Positions 51,954 to 64,000 of a DNA stretch of 64,000 nt are shown here, piece after piece. Both the position numbers and the translations under genes were made by a program. Source of the stretch: the human T2T-CHM13v2.0 reference genome, Homo sapiens. Position 1 is the stretch's first letter; every line of letters begins with the position of its first letter. The stretch lies in the NCBI RefSeq assembly GCF_009914755.1, contig NC_060937.1; one strand, written 5' to 3'. Under the pieces are notes generated by a model. That model saw only the letters and a program-made list of their open reading frames with translations. It was not told where the DNA came from and searched no databases.

Positions 51954-52799
51954 TACTTTTTAATTTAATGCTAAGGTACATTATGCACTTAGAGTTTCAA
52001 CATCAATGGCAGTGGGCTCATCCATATTTCACATACTCTTCTTAATTGTTTCACCCTTTTTTACAGACTTCCTGTGATGTCTGATTAAACTCTTGTAGTT
52101 TTATACCATAATAAGTTTATAAACAATACAGGAGCAGAATAAATATCAGCACCATTATTGTTGTTTTGGGGTACATGGTACTAATTCATAGATCCTCCTG
52201 CTATTTGAATGATAGGGTAATTAACATCTTATTTTTTTTTTATCACGTTAGCTGTATACTTGTAGTCAATTTATGTAGTGAGTAGATTGAATTGGAATGC
52301 CAATGGTTCTAAATTCCCTGGAGAAAATCTTGAGAAGTCTGGTGCCCACCTTTAGCAGTTGGCCTGTTCCAATGACATGAAACCTTGACTGCTAAGGTGC
52401 CATAAAGCAGAGCTGTTTCTGCCTTGGTGAATGGAGTGAGGCCTAGGAAACACCTTCAGAGTGGCTCCCATCAATAATCATTGGAGAATTTCATAATTTT
52501 GATTGTCAAGGTCAATATGTGGTTGTTTCCATAATTTTAGTCAAGGCCTTTAACAAAAAATAGCATGTGAACTAGTATGTTTATTAATGACATTTCATAA
52601 TTTACTTTAGCATACATTTTTCATTGATGGGCAGGGATAAGCCCTGCCTTAGATTCTGCAAGTTTCTGAGGCATCTTGCCTCAGAAATAGACCTAGGGTC
52701 TCTATTTTAAGCATATTACATATGTTAACTTCTTTTAACTTCATAACACGGCATAAGGTATGTACTATTTTTATTTCTAGCCTACAGGAAATAGAAGCC

Positions 52800-53436
52800 T
52801 GTACTAGTTTTCTGTTGCTGCTTAATAGATTACCACAAACTTACTGACTTAAAACATCATACATATTTTCTATCTCACATTTACATGGTCAGGAGTCTGA
52901 GCATGCCCTACCTACATGGTTTTTGCAAGGTTTCACAAAGCTGTCTAGAAGTGAAGATTAGGAATGTTTCCAGCACAAAGACATGATGAATATTTGAGGT
53001 GAAGGATATCCTAATTACCACGATTTGATCATTATGTATTGTGTGCATGTGTTCAAATATCACATGCACCCTATAAATATGTACAATTAATACGTATCAG
53101 TCAAAAATAAAAGATGTTGGATGGGGCTGAAATTCCATCTTAGGCTTGTAGTCCTCTTCCAAGTTCACATGGCTGTTGGCAGAATTTATTCTCTTGAATC
53201 TGTAGAACTCATGGGGGGCTTGCTTCTTTTTTGAGGCCAGAAGGAGATTCTCTTATTTTGATTAAAGTCAACTGATTAGAACTTTAATGATATCTGAATA
53301 ATCCCTTGACTTTTACCATATTGTATTGGTTAGAAGCAAATTCGCAGGTTCTATTGGGCAGAAGCAAGCTTTCAAGGGGAGGTAAACATACAAGGGCATG
53401 AGTCATTGGCTGTCAATTTAGGGTATGTCTTTTACA
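52800..53436 (-). mobile_element. MLT1E/F-type MaLR LTR containing an L1 insertion
   Basis: tgtactagttttctgttgctgc ... ttaccacaaacttactgacttaaaaca ... tattggttagaagcaa ... ca. Perfect TSD aagcc / aagcc. Confidence 0.85.
52946..53111 (+). mobile_element. Short L1MA4-6-type 3' end nested in the MLT1 LTR
   Basis: tttgaggtgaaggatatcctaattacc ... aaatatcacatgcaccctataaatatgtacaatta. Confidence 0.85.
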
Positions 53437-55289
53437 AAGCCCCCCAAAATTAATTGACCTGCTTCTAGTCAGTATTGGTAGAGGGTAAGATTTGACTCCA
53501 AGCTGCTTGGCCCTAGAGCATAAGCACTTTGTTGCTTACTTTCTCAGGGTTATCCATTCTCATACACTGCAGCCTGAGAAAGGATTGATAGGAATTTGTT
53601 TGCAGACATTCAAGATCATGTATTTTGTGTATTTGTGTCCTCTATTCATTTGGTTGTTATGAACTCTCTATATAAACTACCCTTCTACTTTCTGTGACAA
53701 GTGACATCCTTTTTCTTGTGCAATTAAAAGTGCTAAATTTATTTCAATCCAAAACACATCCTTTGCAAATCCCTACATTTGTAATATTGAACAAAGTGAG
53801 CAGCTATGCCATTTAAGTAACAATTCCTTCCAACGCTGCTCATTATATGTGTGAAATTTAAATCTTTGATCAATGAGTGATGACGATGAGTGTGCTGTTG
53901 ATAATGCTCTGAGAGCATCTACTTTTAGGTGAAGGAAAGAATGCAAGGATATGGAACCCATTTAGTCACACATATGTTTAAGCCCTAGAAACTGTTGGTT
54001 ATGTGGTTCATTTGCGATCACCATCCTCTATTCTGCTTGTTTTAAACACGGGATGAAAATCTTTCAACACAAGAATTTTGTGAAGTCACAGACTGACCCT
54101 TGAAAAATACCAGTAATCAGCCATTTAAAAATACATTTAAATCATTTTGTTTGAGTTCAAGGTGCAGGAATCTTCAGTTTTGCGACTAAAGTTAGCACTT
54201 GAGAATGGAATTGTATTGCCCCACCCACACGCACACACTCAAATTTCCACATATTCCTTTCTTTTTGCCAAGAGATGAGAAGATATTGCCCTGGATATTC
54301 AAGGAAACAGTGGGGGCAAATGCAACAGCAACAGTCCATGATTGGTACAAGAAACTTCAGATTAACCCCTTGGAAACAACCAGAAGACTTAACTCAGCAT
54401 CTCAGAAAGATCAAAATCATTGTCATAGAGCCAAAGGGCTCCCAGGCATAACACATTTTTGTTTTTGTTGTTATTCCTCTCATCTTGAGTTTCTGAGACC
54501 TATTTCCTCCTCAGATCCCGGCTAATCTGTTAGCCTTGTCAGCTCTTGCCCTGTGGATCAGACTCCTCCCATTTCTCTGCCTTGTTGATTAACATCCTGC
54601 TTTCTGATCCCAGCTCATCTCTATGGCCTTTGCCTCATATTCTTTCATACTATTATTTCCATTTTAACCATTATATTCTAATTCTGTAGTGTGATTGGGA
54701 AAACCATTGGCAAGAAAGATACAAAAATAGAGCCCTAGGGTTAAGGTTATGTCCTTATGATTTTCCATATTCATATAGTACTTAGCACTTCATACATGTT
54801 AACTCATGAGACTTCAAAATATCCTTACGAGGGATTCTGATTCTTAGATACAGTTTGCAAATTAAGGAAGATAAATATATATAGAAAAAAACACAATAGT
54901 AACAAACTTGACAGGAGAGGATTAACTTCTGGGAGCACAAAGTGGAGTTCTTGGCCTGAGCCCACAGCTCCAGGAAACTTCAATGAACTGAAAATGGCCT
55001 GTCTGGGTAACGAGGCTCTGTACATCTCTCTTCACCCTAAAGTTGAGTCAGTGAGGCATTATGATGTTTTTAATTTCTCAAGTGATATTAAAATACAGAC
55101 CCACAGACCCCATCTGTTCTCTTGGAAGCAGAGAGATTGGCAAATGATAACACTACATGCCTTTAGGGATATACGCTGCCTGATAATCACCATGTGGTTT
55201 CAACTAGTTCACGCTCAGATGAACCTGATATGAATTTAGAAAGGGCAAACACTCCTAATGAGATGGTATATTCTTGACTTACTATTTTA

Positions 55290-55620
55290 AACAGCACCTT
55301 CTTCCTACTACCTGCAAACACCACATTTGTATCCCTTTCTAAGGCGGGACATCTTGGAGTCATCTTTGTTTCCTCTTTCCATTTATCTTCTATATATCCA
55401 GATGGAGAATCTTATGGTTTCTTTGTGATATGCCTTTTGCTTTCTGATCTTACTGCCATCACTTGAGTTCAAACCTTCAGTATCTCATCTGGAGCGCTGC
55501 TCTGTCGGCCTAGGAAATGGCTCTGACTCTGGTTCTCTCCACTTGGATAATCTCATGTTGCCTGGGGAATGTTTCTAAAATGGCCAATAGGAGAATCCCT
55601 GTCTGTAGAGTACAATTGCT
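55290..55620 (+). mobile_element. L2 fragment
   Basis: atcttggagtcatctttgtttcctctttcc ... tactgccatcacttgagttcaaacc ... atctcatctgga. Confidence 0.65.
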
Positions 55621-56583
55621 GTGTTTGCCTTCCCAGTAGCACTTTCCCATTATTCTTTTAATAACACCCCACATTTTAAGAAGCGACTTATTACAGCACT
55701 GTTTTTTCCTTCCATCGTTATCAAATAAATGTTCCTGTGATCCAAACCAGCTCAACCATTGTCAAGACACATGACTCAGGCAGTCTAATTGGAATGTGCC
55801 CTGGGATTACTGGGATTGCTGTATACATTGGTATACAGCAGTAGTTTCCAGACTTTTTTCTTTCAGAAACTCTTTTTACTCTTAAAAGTTATTGAGGATT
55901 CCCAAGAGCTTTTGTTAATGTGGCTTCTATCTGTACATTTCCATATTATAAATTAAAAATGATAAATACATTTATTATTTCATTTAAATACAAAATAGTA
56001 AACCCTTTACATGTTAACGTAAATAAAATACTTTTAAGCATATAACTTTTCTAAAATGAAAATATTTTGTGAGAAAAATGGCATAGTTTTATATTTTTGT
56101 AAATCTCTTTAATAATTACCCTAATAAACAAATCTACTGCACATGCAGTTCATAAAATATGTTGCTACGGATGAAGTGTATGAAGAAAATCTGGCCTCAC
56201 AGATGTGTAGTTGGAAAAGGGAGAATCATTTTAATAGTCTTTATAGATATTATGGATATTATTCTTTGAGACTATACTAAAACTTGACAAGTGGCAGTTT
56301 CCTAAAGGTTAGTTGCAATGTGAAATCTGAAACCATGTCGGTGAGCTTTTTGTACGCAGCTATAATAAAATCTGTTGGCAGTTTGTACAGATCTTTTACA
56401 TGTTCATGATTTCATTTGGAAATGCACTGATTATTTGGAAAGTATACGTTCATCAAGATATGCATATCTGCTAAATGATGACATGTGTTCATTTTATGAT
56501 GTCTTAAACCACATTTAGTAACATCACCAGTGACCTCATCTGAAAATTGGGATACCATCAAGCTTATAATGCAACATACATGT

Positions 56584-58885
56584 TGATATGGTTTGGCTCT
56601 GTGTCCCCACCCAAATCTCACTTTGAATTGTAATAATCCCCAAATGTCAATGTGTCAAGGGTAGGACCAGGTGGAGGTAATTGGACCATGGGGGTGATTT
56701 CCCCTATGCTGTTCTCATGATAATGAGTGAGTCTCATGAGATCTGATGGTTTTATAAGCATCTGGCATTTTCCCCTGCTTGCACTTATTCTCCTGCTGCC
56801 CTGTGAAGAGGTGCCTTCTCTCATGATTGTAAGTTTCCTGAGGCCTCCTCAGCCATGCGAAACTATAAGTCAATTAAACCCCTTTTCTTTATAAATTACC
56901 CAGTCTCTAGCAGTTCTTTATAGCAGCGTGAGAATGGACTAATACAGTAAATTGGTACTGAGAGTGGGGTGCTGCTATAATGATACTCAAAAATGTTGAA
57001 GCGACTCTGGAACTGGGCAACAGGCAGAAATTGGAACAGTTTAGAAGGCTCAGAAGAAGACAGGAAAATGTAGGAAAGTTCAGAACTTCCTAGCTTGGAG
57101 GACTCAGAAGACAGGAAGATGTGAGAAAGTTTGGAACTTCCTAGAGACTTGTTGAATGGCTTTGGTCAAAATGCTGATAGTGATATGGACAATGAAGTCC
57201 AGGCTGAGGTGGTCTCAAAAGGTGATGAGGAACCTCTTGGGAACTGGAGCATAGGTGACTCGTGCTATGCTTTAGCAAAGACACTGGTGGCATTTTGGCC
57301 CTGTCCTAGAGATCTGTGGAACTTTGAACTTGAGAAGGATGATTTAGGGTATCTAGCAGAAGAAATTTCTAAGTGGCAAAGCATTCAAGAGGAAGCAGAG
57401 CATAAATGTTTGGAAAATGTGCAGCCTGGCGATGTGATAGAAAAGAAAACCCCATTTTCTTGGGAGAAATTCAAGTTTGCTGCAGAAATTCGCATAAGTA
57501 ATGAGGAGTGAAATGTTAATCACCAAGACAATGGGGAAAATGTCTCCAGGGCATGTTAGAGACCTTCATGGCAGCCCCTTCCATCACAGACCGAGACCTA
57601 AGAGGTAAAAATGGTTTTGTGGGCTGAGCCCAGGGACCCCCTGCTCCATGCAGCCTTGGGACATGGTGCCCTGTGTCCCAGCTGCTTCAGCTCTAGCTGT
57701 GGCTAAAGGGGCCAAGGTACAGCTCAGGCCATTGCTTCAGAGGGTTCAAGCTTTAAGCCTTGGTGGCTTACCTGTGGTGTTAGGCCTGTGGGTGCACAGA
57801 AGTCAAGAATTGAGGCTGGAGAACCTCTGCCTAGATTTCGGAGAATGTATGGAAACGCTTGGATGTTCAGGCACAAGTTTGCTTCATGGGTGGAAACTTC
57901 ATGGAGAACCTCCACTAGGGCAGTGTGGAAAGTAAATGTGCGGTTGGATTCCCCCAAAGTCCCCACTAGGGCACTGCCTCGTGGAGCTGTGAGAAGAGGG
58001 CCACTGCCCTCCAGACCCCAGAATTATCAATCCACCAACAGCTTGCCCTGCATGCCTGGAAAAGCCTCAGACACTCAATGCCAGTCTGTGAATTCAGCCA
58101 GGAGAGGGGCTGTACCCTGCAAAGCCACAAGGGTGGAGCTGCCCAAGGCCATGGGAGCCTACCTCTTGCATCAGCATGACCTGGACGTGAGACATGGAGT
58201 TAAAGGAAATCATTTTGAAACTTTAAGGTTTAATGACTACCCTATTGGATTTTGGACTTGCATGGGGTCTGTAGCCCCTTTGTTCTGGTCAATTTCTCCC
58301 ATTTGGAATGGGTGTATTTACTCAGTGCCTGTACCCCCATTGCATCTAGGAAGTAATTAACTTGCTTGTGATTTTGCAGGCTCATAGGCAGAAGCAACTT
58401 GTGTTGTCTCAGATAAGACTTTGGACTTGGACTTTTGGGTTAATGCTGGAGTGAGTTAAGACTTTGGGGGACTGTTGGAAGGACATGATTGTGTTTTGAA
58501 ATGTGAGTACATGAGATTTGGGAGGGTCAGGGGTGGAATGATATGGTTCATCTCTGTGTCCCCATCCAAATCTCACCTTTCCCCACGTGTCAAGTGTGGG
58601 AACAGGTAGAGGTAATTGGAGCATGGGGGCAGTTTCCCCCATGCTGCCCTCATGATAATGAGTGAATCTCACAAGATCTGATGGTTTTATAAGTGCCTGG
58701 CATTTTCCCCCACTTGCACTCATTCTCTCTCCTGTCACCCTGTGAAGAAGTGCCTTTTGCCATAATTGTAAGTTTCCTGAGGCCTTCTCAGTGATGCGGA
58801 ACTGTGAGTCAATTAAACCTCTTTTCTTTATAAATTACCCAGTCTCAGGCAGTTCTTTATAGCAGCCTAAGAACAGACTAATACA
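56584..58885 (+). mobile_element. Complete THE1 (THE1D/C-like) MaLR element: LTR 56584-56946, internal 56947-58538, LTR 58539-58885
   Basis: Two LTRs tgatatggtt ... gactaataca; internal starts gtaaattggtac and ends in the purine tract ggagggtcaggggtggaa. TSD-like catgt / cacgt. Confidence 0.95.
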
Positions 58886-59099
58886 CGTTTTCCAAAATCA
58901 GCAATTAGAAAGCTAAAAATTTATCATTTACGTTAAGCACCGTACTCAATTCTGAATAACAATAGTTTATGTATTGGTTATTCTTTCAAATTAAAATAGT
59001 ATTCCATGCAAATGTGGCTCACAACTCAAACATTTGGCTGAGTGCTTTTCCTCATGACATGATTGTACTGTGGTGTGCAGTAGAAGTCCTTTAGGTGCA

Positions 59100-59542
59100 C
59101 GTGATGATTAATTTTATGTGTCAACTTGATTAGGCCGCAGAGTGCCCAAATATTTGGTCAAATATTATTCTGGGTTTTTCTGTGAGGGTGTTTCTGGATA
59201 AAATTAACATTTGAATAGGTAGACTGAATAAAGCAGATTGTCTTCCCTAATGGGGTTGAGCCTCATCCAATAAATTGAAGACTTGAATAGAACAAAAAGA
59301 CTGACCTTTCCAGGTAAGAGAGAATTTCTCTTACCTGACAGCCTTCAAATTGAGACATAAGCTTTTTTCCTGCCTTTAAACTCAAGCTAAAATATTGGCT
59401 TATCCTGGGTCTCAAGCCTGCTGGCCTTGGGATTGAAACTAAACCAGGAGCTTTCCTGGGTCTCCAGCTTCTGACTGCAGATCGTGGGACTTGCCTGTCT
59501 CTCTCTGCTTTCTCTCTCTCTTTCTCCCTCTCTCTCTCTCTC

Positions 59543-59581
<39 letters not shown>

Positions 59582-59617
59582 CGTTATGGTTTGGTTTCTC
59601 TGGAGAAACCTAGTACA
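59100..59617 (+). mobile_element. MLT2B/MLT2D-type solo LTR with (CT)n(CA)n, nested in Charlie1
   Basis: gtgatgattaattttatgtgtcaacttga ... gtttctctggagaaacctagtaca. Perfect TSD gtgca / gtgca. Confidence 0.92.
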
Positions 59618-59988
59618 GTGCACTTCCCATTTAATTCCATAGAATATTAAAAATTCATGTACTTTGAGTTTAGATTTGATAAAATTAATAACTTTTACTG
59701 TTTCTTCAGGGATGTTCTTAAATAAAAGTGGTTTTTAAAATTTTTACTGTAACTGTGTAGCAGTAAAGAATAAAATGACTGCTAGTACAATTTTGGTGCC
59801 TCTGGCTAAGGAACTAGCAGTTTTAGCTAACATTGATTTTGCACTATTAGTAAAAATATCGATATAATGAAAAAGGAAAAAAGTCTTTGTATTATTATAA
59901 AAATAGTGTTGACCTGTGGATCCCTAAAAGGGTTTTAGAGACTCTCTAGGGGTCTGCAAACCATATTTAGAAAACCAGTGGAATAAAG

Positions 59989-60310
59989 AAATACTCCTTT
60001 CACCAAAATTTCTAAGTTTCTAACTTGATAATTTGGGCTTGCCCCAGCCATGTTCCCTGGCAACATGGAAGAAAGCGTCTGTAGTTAGGAAAGAATGAGG
60101 CCAACACACAGGTCAACTGAGCTGAGAGAAGAAGAGATAGCTCTGATAACATCTTTTTCTGTCTTGGATTTAGCCTTGCCTGAAGCAAGATCTGGACTTT
60201 TTGCTTAACAGAGCCAATGTATTCTCTCTCTCTTCTCTTTCTCTCTCTCTCTCTCTTTGAACCTAATCCAGTGTTAGGTTTCTTCTCCTTGTAGCCAAAA
60301 TGTTTCTATA
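59989..60310 (+). mobile_element. Old MLT1J/K/L-type LTR fragment (5' part probably at ~55740-55830)
   Basis: gaatgaggccaacacac ... ggatttagccttgcctgaagcaag ... tggacttttt ... gagccaat. Confidence 0.6.
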
Positions 60311-60506
60311 AGATGGTCCCATCTCATTCACCCAATTTCCTCCTCTAATTTGGTATTCACCATAAGCTCTTCCAAGGTTTCCACCCACATGTTTACTCTT
60401 CCCTTCACTTATTCCTCATGTGGTTCTTCCTCTCCATGCCATACAACTTCTACCTGTGGCTGCCAAAGTTCTTGAAGACTTCCCTGATGTCTCCAGCCCA
60501 CTCTGA

Positions 60507-60537
<31 letters not shown>

Positions 60538-60707
60538 GGAAATCTGTCATACTGTTATCAATAGAAAAGTTTTTGGTGGTAAATCACTCTCTGGTTTTCT
60601 TTTCTAATGGGTTTTGGTCTTGTCATTCTAACTAGAATGTTAGTTTCTTAATGGAAGAGGTCACATTTAAGTGCTCTTTGCATATCACTGGGTATACTAT
60701 AAGTACA

Positions 60708-61005
60708 TTTTTTTTTTTTTTTTTGAGACAGAGTCTCGCTCTGTTGCCCAGGCTGGAGTGCAGTGGCGCGATCTCGGGTCACTGCAACCTCTGCCTCCTG
60801 GTTCAAGCGATTCCCCTGCCTCAGCCTCCCGAGTAGCTGGGAATACAGGTGCATGCCACCACGCCTGGCTAATTTTTTGTATTTTCAGTAGAGACGGGGT
60901 TTCACCGTGTGAGCCAGGATGGTCTCCATCTCTGGACCTCATGATCCGCTGGCCTTGGCCTTTCAAAAGTGCTGGTATTACAGGCATGAGCCACCACACC
61001 CAGCT
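60708..61005 (-). mobile_element. AluS (AluSc-like)
   Basis: Poly(T), gagacagagtctcgctctgttgcccagg ... caccgtgtgagccaggatggtctc ... gacctcatgatcc. Confidence 0.95.
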
Positions 61006-61239
61006 GTAAATAACTTTTTTTTTTTAAACCCAGGGGATTTTGTTTTTCTCACATTTCTTAGAAAAATTTTTTCCTTAGTTGACTAAATGGAGAAATTACC
61101 TTTCGAAAGCTATCCACAGGCAGCCTTCTGGAATAAAGGAAAGGTTTAGAGTAAATCATCTAATAGAACTACTGGCAAATCTCTATGGTTTCAAACTCAT
61201 ACAGGTGTTTAATATAATAACAAGTTGACAAGTCAAAGA

Positions 61240-61460
61240 TAATAATAGCTGCTATTTACTAAGTGACTTCTATGTGATAAGCAGTAGCTTAGATTCTTTG
61301 CATGAATTATCTTTAATTTCCACAATAATCATGAAAGGGAAATATTATTATCATTATCTTATAGCTGAGGAATTTGATCCGGAGAGCTTAAATAACTATT
61401 CCAAGTTGGCATAGCTTATCAATTGGAAGTCAAGATTCACAAAGTCATTGGCTTTAAGGC
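61240..61460 (-). mobile_element. MIR
   Basis: ataatagctgctatttactaagtgacttctatgtg ... ttatagctgaggaatttga ... ttaaataactattccaag. Confidence 0.82.
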
Positions 61461-61519
61461 ATGTAATAGTTCCATTTACATATGTTGTAAACACTCCCAA
61501 GAATAACATTGGATTCAAT

Positions 61520-61610
61520 TGAACATTCATTTGTTGAATGCCTACTAATGTAAAGCACTGTACTTGGTGCCACAAGAGATTCTGAAATGAGAAAAGAGCT
61601 CATGGTTTAG
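61520..61610 (-). mobile_element. L2 3' end
   Basis: cattcatttgttgaatgcctactaatgtaaagcactgtacttggtgc. Confidence 0.7.
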
Positions 61611-61849
61611 CTTGTTTATGTCTGGAGAATATTTTTCTCAGCAAGCAGTCAATAGACTTGAACACGTAAGTGCACAATCCTCATTAAAATATGGTAACCA
61701 GCTCCCAAGAAGCAGAAGGGAATGACATGTGCCTTGAGGATTCATTTTTATTGAAAAATCATCTAGAAGCAGTACTCTTTAAATCTCTTTCTGAATTGAT
61801 CTTGAAGACTACTGATAATGGAAGCAACTGCAGAGAAAGAATACCAGAA

Positions 61850-62065
61850 CCATATAATGTGTAGAAGGAACACATACTTTGGAATCTGAAATAGGAATTT
61901 TTGGAAAGTGGGAAAAAGTTCAATTTTATTAGACTATATCTTAGCCAGTTCTGAATCTCAGGTTTTCATCTGCAGATGCTGTAATATCTGTCGCACAGGA
62001 ATGTTGAGCTGATTAAGTAAGTAGGAATAAAGAATGCTGTTCACATACAGAGTTGGTGCTAAGTA
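61850..62065 (+). mobile_element. MIR fragment
   Basis: ctgaatctcaggttttcatctgcagatg ... cacatacagagttggtgct. Confidence 0.65.
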
Positions 62066-64000
62066 GAAATCCCACTACTTTCCCTGGTGATCTCTTCAAA
62101 TCACCCTCTTAACAACCACAACCTTGGATATGAGAAATGAATGTTTTGGTCCTAGTTGAAAGGGAGATGATGGCCCTTTTCTCCAGCCTCCAATAAAAAC
62201 TCAAGAACAACCTGTGTGGCATTCTTGCTTGGGCCACTCCTTGAAAATCATGAGGGACAGGATTTCACTCCTCCCAAAGTATCCTCCTAGGCAAATTCTT
62301 AGAAAGGTTTTTTTTTCCTATCACAATTTAATTCCTATCAGAATATCTTTGTAATTTCCAGCCCTTGGTTGCAGATCTGTTCGCAGAAGCTACCTAGAAG
62401 ATATTTCATTCCTTTGTATGGGGAGACATTCAAATATTTGAAATCACAAATCTGCTCTTATAAAAAATTGGCTAAGTAAATTCTTCTTTGACTGTGTAGA
62501 ATAAACATGCATACAGTTGTCTTTGAAGTCGTTAGCTCACATTGAAAAGAAAAAGTTTAGAAGAAATTAAATATATAATTTTGGGGGAAAATTTATCTAT
62601 AATTTTAGCTCATAGTTTACAATTCCTATATGACTGTTTGGAAGGTATTTATTTTAGAATGGATGGATGTTCCGTATTAACCTGTAGGAAGGGTTTGTGA
62701 ATATTCTGTTGCTCTGAATTATTAGCGGTCTAGATCTAGGCTGGACTTTGAGAAATATGAAATAAAAAAATACCTCTTTGGAGTGTGGTGTTGCTCTTTA
62801 AAAAAAAAAAAAAAAAAAGCCCAGTGAATAAAAGGAAAACCCAGTCATTTCTCCTGGAAGCCTTTCAATAGTGACTCAATGGCAATGTTGTGGTTGAAAT
62901 TGTTGCTCCTAGATAATGAGAAAAGTTAAAGCCATCTTCTCAACAGTGAGTAGAAAAATCTTTTAAATTTTAGAGATGTCATAAATATAGTCTTAAGAAA
63001 ACTATTGGGAAAACAGTTTCTTGTTTTATTTGCTTATTTCCTAAGGAACAAAAATGATTGCCATTTTACAACTTTATCCCTATAAAGTTGTAGCCTTCAT
63101 GATGACATAATTCCCAAAGTCAGCTAGAATTCCGAGAATCAAAGAAGAAACTGAAATCTAATTACAGAGAACAAATGCAACAGGCCAGTTATATTTCCAG
63201 ACGTTTTTGGTTTGCCCAGTTCCCTAATTTTTCATACTTCTCTTTAGTCTGTTCATTTTTTGCTTAAAAATTGAATGGAATTTTGATGCGACATTTTAGA
63301 ATAAATTTTAAAGAAGCATAAAACTAAAAACCTACTTGGAGAATTATGAATGTTAGGTAACATATACAGTGTTAAGCAGAGTTTTACTAATTGGAGAATT
63401 TTACTTGTTCCCTTTTAAGTTTAAAAGATAGGTGTTGCATAACTCTGAAAATCTGGGATGATGAGAAGACCTCAGGCATGTTCTACAAACAAGATTTTAA
63501 AGGAATGTCAAGTATGGTGCTAAGAAAATAGTTTAAAATTTGTAATTTCCTTTCACCTAGCTCCCAATCCAGAAAATAATTGACCAAAAAAATTGATAGC
63601 AACCTTGTAAAGAGTTAAGGTAAAAAAGAATAACCTCTCATTATCTTTGTTTCTCAAGCAAAATATACATTTTAGTAAACAGATTTTGGGGGAAAAGAAT
63701 GGAATAGCTACATTTACATGACATCAATAGAGGGCACAATTATTAGAGTTTCATAAGTGTAGCTAAGGAAAAAGATCACAATTCACAAATATAAATTTTT
63801 GTCATTTTGAGAACATAGAAGACCCCTGAGTGATGGTCATTTCATCAAATGTCCATGAGCTTTATATTCCAGGCAACAGAGGTCTTCCTTTACAGTGCTT
63901 GGACTATGATAATCCTACTATGATTTGAGGTTAATCAGGCCATTATGTGCAAAATTTGAGGATAGGGCCAACTTATCGCAATCTACTTCCATTTTCATGA

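Larger units (their letters stand above)
52690..53530 (-). mobile_element. MIR split by an MLT1 LTR
   Basis: taacttcttttaacttcataacac ... aaggtatgtactatt on the left; agatttgactccaagc ... agagcataagcac on the right. Confidence 0.55.
55839..59980. mobile_element. Charlie1-type (Charlie1a-like) hAT transposon with two nested LTR elements
   Basis: Start cagtagtttccagac ... actcttaaaagttattgaggattcccaagagcttttg; end ggggtctgcaaaccatatttagaaaaccagtg. TSD gtatacag / gaataaag (6/8). Confidence 0.88.

Noticed and set aside
57040-57145. About 49-bp tandem duplication in the THE1 internal region
   Set aside because: I recall similar duplications in other THE1 internal copies, so it is probably a family variant rather than locus-specific; not verified.
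57131-58360. 126-aa and 190-aa ORFs
   Set aside because: They lie in the THE1 internal region and are remnants of the MaLR internal ORF found in many copies; the starts are non-ATG and there is no evidence of domestication.
60648-61009. Overlapping ORFs of 61-112 aa (also those at 25450-25813 and 43606-43899)
   Set aside because: Standard Alu translations.

Overview
AT-rich, repeat-dense primate (most likely human or great-ape) genomic DNA that looks intronic or intergenic. I recognise no protein-coding exon, RNA gene, CpG island or CRISPR array, and the ORF track is explained by L1, Alu, MaLR and simple-repeat sequence or by chance. Roughly half or more of the window is transposon-derived: a near full-length old L1MA-type LINE (about 2183-11360) with three nested insertions, five Alus, many MIR/L2 fragments, MaLR/ERVL/ERV1 LTRs, a complete THE1 element nested in Charlie1, and several MITEs. 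Subfamily names are from memory of consensus sequences, and boundaries of old repeats are approximate. I did not find a new biological system. The best-supported oddities are: (1) a young L1PA2-type insertion carrying an ~850-bp 3' transduction with its own AATAAA, poly(A) and a 16-bp TSD, splitting an ERV1 LTR; (2) a near-perfect 161-bp tandem duplication joined by an inverted templated insert that makes a perfect 16-bp hairpin; (3) a 24-unit minisatellite with a palindromic core, bracketed by a perfect 34-bp inverted repeat of L1 sequence; (4) an internally deleted L1PB with a possible short transduction; (5) an unexplained exact 24-bp direct repeat 839 bp apart; (6) a unique, motif-rich block near 28.1-28.9 kb with a candidate micro-exon.
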